Below are positions 1 through 12,818 of a stretch of 64,000 nt of DNA, in pieces. How positions within the stretch are numbered: the first letter of the stretch is position 1; the number at the start of each line of letters is the position of its first letter. The notes below the pieces were generated by a model. It worked only from the letters and a program-made list of their open reading frames with translations. It did no database searches and was not told where the DNA came from. The translations under genes and the position numbers were made by a program. The DNA comes from Psilocybe cubensis (lineage: Eukaryota), in the NCBI GenBank assembly GCA_017499595.2, contig CM038998.1, positions 558,001-622,000 of the forward strand, in the 5' to 3' direction.

Positions 1-610
1 ACCGAGCCTTGGTGTAGTATACGCATGAGTATGTGGCGTCAGCCGGACCTGGAGGCGCGCTGATGACCTCACCCTTTTTACAGACACTTTCGCCGATACA
101 GCTGGTTGTGGAGTATTCATGAGCATAGCCTGGATATTGGCCTGTGTCTAATGATCCTAGGTGAGCAGAAAACTAAAGGAAAATAATCACGAAGCTCACC
201 CGCCGCAGCTGCTCGTTCTCTGCAGCCATTTGCTCAACAAGCCCCCGCATATCCTCCAACTCTGCCTCCTTCTGCTCCAGCGCCACACGCGCATGCGTCA
301 ATCCTGCATTGCTTTCGCGTAAACTTTCACGCGTTTCCTGAAGCGCCGTATCATTCTGCTTCAGTGGTACAAGCTCTGCGCGCGTTTTCTCGAGCTCGGC
401 TGTGGTTTTCTGCCAGCCCTCTTGGGTATCCTTCAGTTCTGACGTACATGCTTCAAGCTGAGACCGCAGTGCTTCAATCTGATTAAGAAGGTCTTGTTCA
501 GTTTTCTGAAATCGACGCTGCGAGTCCTGGCTTTGAGATTTGGTCGTTTGTAGGTCCTTGACGAGACTTTCAGCAAGCTCCATAAATTCCGTAACCTTTT
601 TGTCATCCAT
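1..610 (-). CDS. Coiled-coil protein of unknown function, partial (runs off the left edge)
   Basis: ORF 173..661 with likely start MDDKKVTEF at 610; heptad-rich E/Q/L/K sequence; GTGAGC splice donor after ...EQLRR. Confidence 0.5.
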
Positions 611-1008
611 ATTGTTATCCCGTGAACTGCTTGAACATTGGACGATGGTGTCCCTGTTCATATAGAATCCGTCCTATCAATGAGTTCAAACAGAGTGACA
701 GTTATGGCTGGCAGAGACACTTGGTATAGAAAGTTTGAGGCAAAACAAGCTTCGAAGAGCATAGACAGGAGTTTGGGCATCGGTTATGTAACCAGGGGTG
801 CCACTTACGACGGACACGAGGCTTGGCTCTGCAATTTTACACCGAGTTCAAACAGTTCTTAACAGGTCAACAAAACCTCAGGCCTCAGGCCTCAATACTA
901 ACATCGCAATACTAATTTGGGGAGCATTAAATTTTAGGTTTGAGAATTCACAGCAAAACGAGGCGGATGATTAAGCAATAAAAATAAAAGAAAAGCCTGA
1001 CGCGTTGA

Positions 1009-4000
1009 TCAAGAACGGCAAAGCAACCTGGGTCCTGACAGAAGCCAAACACATCGACAATCAGGTATCCGAAGACGAATACATCGCTCGAGTACGCCTC
1101 TCAACATCCGCACTGCACTTCGCCTAAGGGACAGTCCGTCAGCACAATTACCCATTAAAATGCAGCATATCTGACGCACTAGAATCTCTTCATGAAGCAA
1201 TCCAGCGCAGACCTGCATTCGTTCTTCGTGTTCGAGTTGTAAAAACTCTTCAAGTGTAATCTGACTGAGAATCATAGAAGCAGAGAAATGGTTCATTCCA
1301 TCTAGCCCGGCCAGCGCCTGTTCCTCGCTCTACGCAGATTAACGACAAATTAGATGGGCTACGAAATATGTGCACAGCAGACAACAAACTTACTTCAATG
1401 AAATCAGCAGATAACCAAGGCCTGGTAGCCCAAATGACACCAAACGTCTCATCCCTCTCCTCCGCTTGAGACCCAAAAATGCGCGCTGCAACAGCCGCAT
1501 CCCTGACACTGTCCGCGAAACTGTACTGCACCACCGTCACACCCCGTTTCGTCCCACAAGCATCCGCGATATTGATATCCCTTCTGAACTTTTTGATTGC
1601 CTTTAGTATAGGCGGAGTATACGCATACAGCTCCGATGCCTCTCCCCCTCCGTTTTTATCTTTATCTACCACAAACCGCTTCGCGCAATTTTCCGGGTAC
1701 GCCTCGAACACCACGAGCAAATATGAGAACCTCCATGACAGCTGCGCGACCTTCTCCACCTCCGCCGCACACATCGAAGGAAGGGTGAACAGCGAGACGA
1801 AGAGCACAGCACAATATGGATCGACGATCAAGTCGACCCCGCCGAGTGTCTCCCGTTCAATGAGCTCAATCGCACATTCTGCAGAGCGCAGTGCGCGGAC
1901 GAGGCCGTGTTTCTGGATGAGCGCGAGAGACGCCATGTAGCGATGGACTGGGAGCTCTACTACACCAGTGGAACCGGAAACAATGATGGTGTCTGCATCG
2001 AACAGTTCCTCCGGTGCACCCCTGTATATCGGAATGACGTCCTTCGCCGAGGGTGCGACTGGAGCAGGGGCAGATAACGGCGACGATGGTACTGTTGGAG
2101 CTGAAATTTTACGAGCGCGTAGCTGAGCAAATGCCAGGATGCCTAACGAACGCGACGCGATATCGGGCTCGAACAACATTTCATCTTGTGCATTCGCCGA
2201 GGTAGTGCCACGTTCTCCGTTCAAGATGTCGTGTTGATTTGCAGGCGTAGCATCTGGGTGCCGATTTGGGAATTCATCGTCGTTGAACCCAGCCTCCTGT
2301 GTTTCTTTCTCCGCGCCTGAGGGAAGATACCTCGAATCGAACGACAGAGGCTCGAAACTTTCCTCGCCCTCATCCCGATCATATCCAGCCATATAACAAT
2401 CATACTCGCCGCCTGCTTCGGGATTTCTTCTCTCAAAACGATCATGGAAATATTCGTCGCGAATGTCCTGATCCGACGATGAAAACGGTGGCCAATTTTC
2501 TTTATCCTCCTCCTCCTGCATGTAACACGATACAGGTGAGAGGTAACCAGGATCGATGCGCCCGTATTCATCATCACCATACGCCGGTAGAAGAGGGAGA
2601 GAAGGCCGCACACATGATACATCCTCAGGCGAGGGGGAGAGAGACGATGCGATGTGATGCTCGTCCAATCGAGGACGTTTGGCGAAGCGGTCGTCCTCAG
2701 CATGACCTTTAACGTTAAAATCTTCAGCATCGTCACCAGGAACGCAGAGGCTGCGCTGGCGTTTGACCGAGACCGACGAGCTAGAAAGAGGCATATCCCG
2801 GACTTCATCAACAACTTCAATTTCATCCACATCCACATCCATCGCCCCAACACACTGCGCTTCCTCTCCTTCAGAAATGACACCGTCGTTGACAACCCTC
2901 CTCCGTTCCTGCCTATTCAAAAGGAGACGAAATTCCTTTGGCGGTATGATGGGTCGATAACCAGTACCCTCTGTCCACGAAAATCGATGGCCGTTATCCT
3001 GAGATATGGAGACCTCCAAAGCCTCGAGAAGCCTCGCGGCCTCCGCCACGTCACCTCTGGGCTGCTCTCCATCTTGACCTTCGCCATGTCCAAAAAGGTC
3101 GTCCACACCGAGGAGCTCGATAACAGAAGGAAGCTTCTTGCTAACAGTGAACGGTCTGCGTAAACAAACAAAATGACAAATGGGAAAATCAGCACGGACG
3201 AAACAATATACATAGGAGTATAAGAGAGTATAGGAGTATGGAGGAAGAGACTGACACCCAAGACAACGCCAACGACAGAGCTTGTTTTCCCTTTACTTTC
3301 TTCAAAAACTGGAAGGCGGGTTCTGGTTTGATAAAAGCTGGATTGGTCTCTTGCTTGGTGCTCTCGGGTGGCGGGACGAGGAAGCCAGTGTACGTCTTGG
3401 GGATATCCAAATCGCCTGGCGGGTGGACATTTGGCTCTGGGAGAATCGGGACTGGAGAAAGAGAAAACGCGTCAGCGGAATCAGCGGAGGGTTCGTGTGC
3501 GTGTACTACAGAATAATTAATAAAAATCCAACCTTCCATGAGCAAATCCCGTTTATCGTCCAGCGGTTCGTTCATTATTGCCTCTTGCCACATAGGACCG
3601 CTGTACAGCGCCGCAATCTCATCCTCCAGAGACCGTTCTTGATTGAGCTCCGAATTACAGTTTTCTGCGGTGGAAGTTCCATTGTCGGATGCCTGACCGA
3701 CAACGGAAGAAGGTGTTGGCGACGCATTGAGCTTGGTTCGCTCTGGGACATTGGAGTTGGAGTCAGGCTTTGGATCAACTTCGAGTTGATCGCTGGTCGG
3801 TACTAGCAACGGCTGAAGGAACGCTTGCAATCTTACAATAAATGTGTCAGGACTATCAAATGCCAAAGCTAGAAAATAAGAAAACATACGTTTTTCCGGC
3901 CAATATATGCGGAGCGATACCGCTCTTTCCTCCAATTTTGCGCGAACGCGGTATAAGGACCTCTTTACGACATTATAATTAAAGATGAGTCATCAGAGTT

Positions 4001-5287
4001 ATACTTGCCATGAAAAAAAGAAAAGTATATAAAAAGACGAAAGAATGTGTACCCATTTTGGTTTTTTCGATCTCTTCCACTAGAGGAGGATCCGATGTGT
4101 CTGGCGACGATGGGAAAAGGAGTTGGTCGTGCTGGTCTTCGCTGTCGCTGTTATGACCCGATTGCGTTGAAGGGGGAGAAGATTGAATCGCCTCTACAAG
4201 ACGGTCAGTATCAGTACTCAGCCCTAAAGGAAAACGGGTCTTACGCCAGCCAGACACCACAACCAGATTTTGCATCGATATATCACCATCTATATCCTCG
4301 ACTTTCACCTTTTCGTCTAGAGCAGCAGGGAGCTCGGCGAAATTCTTCATCGTTGGAAGTGGTTGCGCTTGACCGGATGCACCAAAACCTGGTTTCCGAG
4401 ATCGCGGGAAGAGGGGCATGAACGGGTCTTCTGGAACTTGGGGTGGTTTCAGTACAACTTGGCATAAGGATTCAGGGTCGAGGTATCTGTTTTTGTACGA
4501 GGGCATGTAGCGCATTGCGTCTGCCGTTCGCTTGAGGATGGACTGGACCGCTGGCAAGTCTGGGGGATTGATATGGTGTTTGACTTTCCTGGAGGCACAA
4601 CCGGTTAAGAAGATATGCTGGAAAACAGGGGTAAAAATACGTACATAATACCTTCGAAGTCCAGCTTTTCTTCCTGAACAGGTTCTACTGCGAGTGGTTC
4701 AAGTTTATGGACTTGCACCAAGGTGGACAATTTGCGTGGTACGGAAGACGAGACTTTGCCCAACTTGGGTGTCTGGGTACGCGATCGACGCGTCAAAGCA
4801 GGGAAGAGAGGCTCATTCAAGCGCAAGACATCATCTGTGCATTATCGTGCCTACATATCTGTGAATGATTCTACGCAACTCACGAGAACGTTCGGACCAT
4901 TCCAATCGTAATGTCTTAGGGACTCCTTTGGTTGAATGCATGACATTTTTTAAATATAGTAGTGCTTCGTGAGTGGTCTGCAATATTTCGTCATATGGCG
5001 GTAGTGATTCCAAGTTATGAGTTTGGGAAAATGTTTGAAATGGCTCGACGGGGATGATGAACGAGTACGGGTCAGTAAGTGGGACTGGTTTGAGATCCTG
5101 GAGAAACTGAAAACCATTTTTTCATTGGATATAAGATTGGAGGTTGCAAAAGGTAACATACCTCGGATACCAGGCCTTCTGTAAACGTTAAGTAGTCAGT
5201 AGTACAATGAGTTATGATATACTCATAGAGCAGTGCTCTTATATGTTGTCGAAACTCTGCAGATTCGAAGCAGGCGTCGGCAGACAT
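1009..5287 (-). CDS. Large multi-exon protein with a C-terminal XPF/ERCC4-like + HhH region; Zip2/SHOC1-like meiotic crossover factor (3' end approximate)
   Basis: Chain of minus-strand ORFs 5287->1009 joined by GT-AG introns; C-terminal LIERETLGGVDLIVDP..SWRFSYLLVVFEAYP and spliced SEEQALAGLDGMNHFSASMILSQ resemble the SHOC1/Zip2 C-terminus. Confidence 0.6.
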
Positions 5288-7847
5288 TGTTCTCAGGTTT
5301 AAAGACACACAAATGCTTGATCTTTCTTAAGCTTTGGAGGAGTATTAGAGTATTCTTGTCATGAAAGCACAAAGTTCGTAAAGGTCAGTAACGATATGGG
5401 TAAAAGGTCTTGAAGAAAAGCGTTCAATCGTTCAAAAAGAGACGCGACTTTGACGTTGGCATTGTTTGTTTCTGAGGCGGATCGTGGGAAAATAATTTTT
5501 CAACTTATAAGGCTGGACATTTATTTTCTTCTTTCTCTTGTCATCTCCTTCGTCGTGCCTTGTGAAGGTCTCCGGCTTCCTCAATGAACACATTTTCTCT
5601 CGATATTGTGTGATCCCTCATTCAGAGAGGTGCATCGTCCATTTCTCAAATCAACCCCATGAACCTAGTCAAGGACCCAGTTCTCCCTTCGGGATACACC
5701 CTACACTTGGGGCCTGTTACGTTCATGGAAGATCAAGCGGTTCGATTCATCCTTGCTGCTTCTCCTTGTTTTTAGGATGGCGGAATAACAAGGATTCGGG
5801 CTCGTGACGTCTCTTCAGAGTTGAACGCCGTTGCTCTCGTCTTGTTGATGGGTTAACATGGTGTTCGTAGTTTTGGGACATACATCTCAATTCTCTATGT
5901 ATGTTTTTTAAACATTTTGTATTGCTTTGGTGCCCGTTAGTATTTGATATATCTCACCAATCAGTTTCTCGTTCAATTTTTTTCCTCTCGACGACTGCTC
6001 GACGATGTTCACATCCTTCGATATCTGTACCCTCAAACCTCGCGCGAAACAAATGTTACAAGTTGTTACAAAGATATCATTTCGGATAATTACACCGTCA
6101 ATCATGTCAAGCTGAGCCGAACATCATCCTCTAGATGCCATTTGGAAACCTCAAGTAAATCATACCAGCTATGCAAGGTATCTGCTTCGAGCTTCAATGA
6201 CACTTGCCGCTTCAAAGCATGGAGTAAAAAAGCATGTCCCGTGTTTCAATGGTTACTTGGATCGCAAAGCACACCTTTCATGTCTTGCGCGTTGTCTTCG
6301 TATGCGTTTCGAGATGTGAGCGAGTGTCTGAGGCCCAGTTCCGATCTGTAGCAGCTAACAGTAATTTGGTTTGAGAGGTTTGTTGGGCTAGGAGCATCCA
6401 AATGATTCGGACTACTGCTCATTGACGGTGGTACGTTCAAGGGATATCAGCCATTGAGTGGAGAAGTACCTCGCTAGTCAGTCAGAAGTCCGGTGCAAGC
6501 TCGAAGCGTCGACCAGACAAAGGGAGCGTTCATGCAATCTAGCCCCATCCTGAATATAGAATTCTACGATGCGCGCGCCTATTAACTTTCAGCAGGTATA
6601 CTTTGCAATTCCTGATATTGGTTGTTGTCAGACGACTACATATAGAACAGTCTGTGGCGCTAAGAAGTCCTGCCAACGAATCTTGCAGGTAGTAAGCAAT
6701 TGAAGGTAGTTCGACGGCGGTGAAACTTGTTAGTGGCATAAGGAAAGGTGTCGCTTCCGTTATTGGTATCATTATCGTGTCGTTAACTTTGAACCCAGAT
6801 TCGGCAGGGAACTGAATCAACTGATGCTCAGTCGCTCTTTCCACGACTTCCACCACCTCCCCGGCATACAGTATTGTTTGCTGTCGGTGGCTCATGGCAC
6901 ATTTCCAAGCTCAATCCTTTATTACACAAGGTTCTGAATACATTCCTTTTACATTCACCATATTCAACGTTGCAATGCTATAGGCCCCGCTGTCGCTGAT
7001 TCGAATAGATTTGAGCTCTGGTCTCTGTTGAATCTTGTCAAAATTCAAAAATGGTCTCATACACCCACGATCCCTTCGCGCAGCTGTCATATTGTGGGCG
7101 CGGCGCAACATTAGCGGTGAGCTCTTTTCCTGCTCTTACCAGCCACATGATCTAGCTCTTTACTCTGTGGCGTAGACGTGTTCCTCGCGTCATTGAAAAA
7201 TTGAAGAACCGCAAGGTTCCAGCAGCAGCGTTGGCAGATTTAGATCTCGCGCTGCTGACGCAGTCACCTTGTACATGGCTGTACAGTCGTCCTTTTTCAA
7301 CATCATTGTCGAGGGTCAGATACGATGACTCTCTTGTGATACAACAATAACCGAGTAAGCTCGGAGTAAGTAAGTCAATGAAAATCGATTACCATTGAAC
7401 GCTGAGATTGTGGCTAGAAGAATCAATCTCGGGTCAAAGGTGCCCCTGTGCGTTGATTGCACAATATGTCGCGTTCGCTGAAAATTGACCTGCTCTACAG
7501 GGATTGATAATGGGGTACAGGAAATATCAAGGACATGTATACATTTAATTGTTATCCATTGGGACCAGGACATACCCTCTGCATTCTCAAAAGCCTGTCG
7601 GTGGATTGAAACTAGAAAATATGTACTATTCGGCATCATCGAGTGTTTGCGAACTTTCCTTATCAGACAGTTATTTTACGCCTTTTTTCGGAACTTCGAA
7701 GCTTCCCGTCAGAAGTTCAAATGAATTGACTCATAAGAAGCAGAGATACAGGCACATGTTGGTTTTCCTACGGTCCGCCGAAATTTGGGATCCATCTCCT
7801 CTAGCTCAGCAGCCTCACCTACTGCATTCTCTAACGTGTCAACAACC

Positions 7848-10066
7848 ATGTCAGGTCATTCTTCACCTCCCGTTCTCTCACAGCCCGTGGGTATTCTGGG
7901 TGCAGGAGTAGCCGGTCTCATAAATGCCTATGTACTGCTCCAAGATGGGTTTACGAATATCACAGTCATCACTCGCGATCGGTCGGTCGGGGGAGTATGG
8001 TCTAGAGATAGAGTCTACCCAGGCCTGCATATTAACAAGTGAGTAGTGATTAAACGTATCTATCTCAAAGGTTTTGACAATTTCTCCCGGCAGCGTCCAT
8101 GGCGAATACAGGTTTTCACCTATGCCTATGCCTCCTCCCGAGGACTCTGAAGAGACCGGCGGTCACATCACAGGAATGGGCATGTGCAACTATATGGAAA
8201 CGTTCTATACCACATTCCTAAAGAACAAAGTGGATTTTGCATTCGAGACCGAAATCACGACCGTCCGGCGCATGCAGAAGGAGTCGTGGGAGGTGGAAGT
8301 TAAAGACCTTCAAACACATACTGTGAAGGTGCTGAGTTTTGCTCGAATTGTATTGGCAACAGGGGTGAGTGGTACGCTTTGATGTTTCCATCCTCTTTCT
8401 CTGAAGATGGTCAATTAGGGCTGCAGCAATCCGAAGATACCAGATGAATTGTCGCTGGAAAGAGCTAAAGAGGTGAAATTCAGCGGGATGATTCTGCACT
8501 CCTCTGAGTTCCGTATTCGCCTCGAGTCTATCCTTGAAAAGGTTAAGCCGAAGGAACAAACGGATGACACAATCTTAGTAGTCGGAGGGGGAAAATCGGC
8601 TATGGAGTACGTTAATGCCGTTTGCTATTCTGTTCCGCTCCATGAGTCGGCTAATAATACCACGATCAGTATGTGCGCTAAATTGACACTCGAGGGTCGG
8701 AGAGTTGCCAATGTTCTCACAACCCCGGATACATTCATCGCGTCGACTTTCCGTATTCCTGATTTCATCAGGAAAAGCAGGTTTTTGGGTCTTCTTTCTC
8801 CTCATATAACCCTCAACACACGCCTTGAGTGAGTTGATCATACTGAATCGGTTAACAAGCATTGTATCTTACATAAACTCAGGCGTTTTCTGCATACAAC
8901 AACTATAGGCAGCACAATCGCTCGATTTATTCTCAATAAATTAGAGCAAACATCCGTGAGCTGCTCGTGATCCCATTGGATATTCAAATCGACTGCTGAT
9001 TAGAATGCACCCTTGCAGCTCAATGCTTATAAGGTGTCGGATAACTCGCCGTTGCGACCTAATGCTGCAAGAAATTCAATTCTCTGGGGAATTCGAACTA
9101 ATGACGAAGGACTCGCCAATCCCAAGGCATACTACTCACTCGTTAATGAGGGTAAAATTAAGGTCATTGCTCCAGCACGAGCAATTGGATATGATGCGGA
9201 TGGAGCTTCCGTGAACCTGAGTACTGGCGAAAAGATACGCGCGAGCGTTGTAATTCTTGCCACTGGATGGAAAAGCTCGTGGGCTGATATATTTGACGGT
9301 AAGTATAGCGGTTTTCATTTGGTGTGATACAAACTTTACATTTTTTTTCTCAGAGACAACGGCGTCCGAGTTGGGTATTGGAAGACACCCTCCAACATAC
9401 GATCTTCAAGATGTCGAGTCCCTTTGGAAAGACTACAAGACACTCTGTGATCCTCCACCTAGACATGCTGGTCATGAGACGCACTATGTAACATCGATAT
9501 ACCGTGGTTTAATCCCAGGCAAGAACCTGAACAATCGCGATTTCGCTATAGCAGGGGCAATTGTGAGTGGACATCTCGGTTTATCCTCCATTCAAGCCTT
9601 TTCTTTATGACTGATATTTTGTTTCTGATGACCATAGTTCTCCTCAAATTTGGGCTACACCGGTGAAGTAGCCGCTCATTGGATATCGACATACTTCCAA
9701 GGCAGCCCTATGCGACTTCCTTCCTCGCCCGAAGCAGCAGTTGCAGAAGCCGAGCTTCGCTCAGCATGGATGAAATTCAGATACCCAAACATGTTATCTT
9801 GGGTGAATGAGAGCTACAGCACTACGCTGGACTTCTGGACGTAGGTCCCCCATCCTACACCCAGCCTACATTACGTCTTTGTTCACTTACTTTTTATTGA
9901 CTCTACTAGGTGGCCACAAGCAGCTGACGAGCTACTAGCTGACATGTACGTACCAAATATGCGAAGTGGTGGTAATTGGTTTACATGGCCGTTCCGTGTC
10001 ATTGACCTTAAGGAATTGGCGACTTTGGGAGAGGAAAGAAGGGCTGTACGAGAACGGATGATGTAG
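7848..10066 (+). CDS. Flavin-dependent monooxygenase (FMO-like, FAD/NAD(P)-binding), multi-exon
   Basis: GILGAGVAG FAD motif, GGVW, VLATG, FSGMILHSSEF (FxGxxxHS FMO fingerprint), VVGGGKSA NADP motif, second ILATG; canonical introns; stop TAG at 10064-10066. Confidence 0.9.
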
Positions 10067-10864
10067 ATCTGGCTTGATTTTTATTTTATTTCTACCGCAC
10101 TGTAGAATGTGGGATCTGATGTAAAGTGGATATGAAAAAAGAGTAATGCATCAAAGATTAGGCGCCGACAAATATGTGCATACACGTACATTTGGCCAGC
10201 AGCCTTCCAGGAGGAGACGCGCTGTTTTGAACTCTGTCACGTGCCGGGATCTGTGTTCAAGCTCCGCGCAAACTGGCGCTCTTTGATCAGTTCAGGGACT
10301 TGGCGGCATCACTTTCAACTATCTCCCCCCATTTACCCCGTAATTCTTCAAGCAAAATACTACTTCATCAGTGCCTGGAAGTTGGAGACTTTTGCGATAC
10401 CTTTCTGCTACTTCAAAACTCTCTGAGGTGCACGGAACCGCCTTTAGTTGTGGAACGGTAGCTTTGATTGCGCTGAGGCCTGTTTCAATGGCTTTCCTGG
10501 AAGTCGACAAAATCTTCCCTTTTTGAACGCGTTCCCGAATTCTAACAAAGGAACGAGTCATTTAGAGTCATTTCTAGGCGCTATCTATCTCGACCATGCA
10601 AAAAGCCACCATTGATGGGCCAACGGTCCAGTATCAGCAGCCACCTTTTGCTTTGACCCACATATTGCCTCCTCGGTGGCATGCTATAAAACATGGCGTA
10701 TCGCTCAGTTGACGAGATATCGAGTTTTCTCCTGAACACTCATCTATACTTTTCCAACACAAATTTATAGCTCCACAGTGAGTGACTGTCGTGTTGCTTC
10801 CAAAAAGAGAGTATTTTGTTTGCTCACATCAAAGGATCTCTGTTTCTGATTTGCAGGTTCCATC

Positions 10865-11509
10865 ATGGCTCAAATTCATGATGCAGAAGCAATTGAGCCA
10901 CTTGACCAATGGCGCACAGTGGATATCATTGACGATGAAGGTAAGCAAATATCTTAAAGCACATATAGCAGTAATTAATGTCTTCATGATCTTCTAGTTG
11001 AACCACCTGCTTCCGAGCCTTCTAACACCACCTCGGACACAGAGGCGCGCCTCGCCTCTACGATGCCAGGCAATATTATGGTTGATAGTGGTGTAAGATC
11101 TACATCAGGAGATCAATCCAGCGACTGTGCAAGCTCAGGGGCAAGCACTCATGAGCGTGGCGTACAGACCACAGAGTCACTTGGATCCGAATACGACTTC
11201 TGCCGCGTCGATCGTCCGCAGGATGTGGGCGCAACGTCCATTGTAAATAATGGTACTCTCAACTTAACTGTTCAAAAGTTCTACCAAGTCAACGCAACAC
11301 CGGCTTCTGCAGAAGTCGGGCGACCACCCCCTGAGATTGAAAACGCACCCCAACGAAATAACGTTTGGTCTTCAACATTCCTCCCGTTTATCCGCAACGT
11401 CATAGATACCGTGTTCAGTTCCCTTATCGAGAATTGGGTTGCAGAGGACCGCTGGGGAAGCCTGTGGAAGTGGCTCATTCTTGTGTTGCGTTTGTTTTTA
11501 GGTCAATGA
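10865..11509 (+). CDS. Hypothetical protein with hydrophobic C-terminus
   Basis: ATG at 10865, GTAAGC...TAG intron splicing in frame into ORF 11063..11509. Confidence 0.5.
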
Positions 11510-11856
11510 TTCCTCTTTTGCTCTCGCCTCTCATCGCCATGTTATCTTAATTTTTGTTATCGTACCTGTATGATCATGTGTCTTTTTTTCTGTCTTGTCC
11601 CTCTATCCTGTCCTGTAATATACTTACTGTATTGTTCCATATGATAGCGTGCCACATGAGATTTGATGTGTGGAGAGAAATAAGTGGTGTTACTACAAAA
11701 TACACAATTGATGGAAAGAAGAAAAAAAAGAGTAAGAAACCGTCCAACTGGTATAGACCATATAATCCCGCCTAGTCGAATTTGTCAATGAATGGTCATC
11801 GTAGCCGTCATAGATGATCGTAATGTCGTATTTGAGACGGAATGCGTGGCTCAAAG

Positions 11857-12818
11857 TCAGTGCCCAGGGCTGCCCGCCGCCATACGTGCCTCAACAACCT
11901 TAGCCTCAAACTTTCTGCCTTCCTCCTCCGCCCGCTCAAGCATTTTGTTCAGCTTTTCTTCCCTTGTATCCAACTTCTGATCCATACCCAAGATGAGCAT
12001 TCGTACCTGCTCGATCTGAGCCAATGCCGCCTGTCGCTGAGCCTCTCTCTGGTCGTTGTCATGTGGATGCTGGGAGGACGACGATGGCGCCGGACTACCT
12101 GAGGAGCGAGGGGGTATCGCCGTTGATTTTTCACCACGCAGGGAGGGTGTGGGGGAGTGATTGCGCGCCATACTGAATGAAATGGGGGATGATATGGTGT
12201 TCGATCGTTGGTGGAGTACGCTCAGCCCCCCGCTGAGGCCTGAAGAAGAGCGAATGGGGACATTGGATGAAGAAGGGATTTCGAGGTTTGCCTGGTGAGA
12301 TTGTGTGTTGAGTTGACGATACAGATCGTTAAGTTGGGATCAAGCACCTGCCAATTGTCCCCTGCAAGTCTCGTCAATTCACGCTCAAGCATTTTCTCTC
12401 GAGCTTTGGCTCTATGAGATATAAATTTATCAATTTATTCCGCACAATAATTCGTAGTAGAACTCACCTTTCAATATCAGCCATGCATTTTTCATTCTCT
12501 CTTTGTGTCCCTTGCAAAATGAGGTCGAGATTCTTGAATTCTTTCTCAAGTCGCTGAACCTCTTCGATCGGCGGGCGTTGGGCAAGTTGTGTTTGCAAGG
12601 CAGTAATGGTCATCTGAAGCTGTGATACATTATAAGTAATTATGTTCAGCATACAACTTTCAAAGACGTACTCTATCACACTCTCGATCTTTCTCCAGCA
12701 GCTGGCGTCGTAACACATCCTCGTTAGACTCATCTCCTTCCCGTAACACCCCAAGATCATCTGCAGCAAGCGCAAGGGAAGGTCTAGCGTGGTTACGCAC
12801 ACTTTGAGCGCGGCGCAT
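11857..12818 (-). CDS. Coiled-coil hypothetical protein, multi-exon
   Basis: MRRAQSVRNHARPSL start; exons LRRQLLEKDRECDR / LQMTITALQTQL / AKAREKMLERELTRL / QIEQVRMLILGMDQKL joined by short GT-AG introns. Confidence 0.7.

Noticed and set aside
5500-7640. Short ORFs (e.g. 6539..6895) as a gene or transposon relic
   Set aside because: No recognisable motif or consistent splice model
7848-10066. FMO as a member of the RiPP cluster (cf. UstF in ustiloxin)
   Set aside because: About 13 kb from DUF3328 #1 with several unrelated genes in between; no linking evidence
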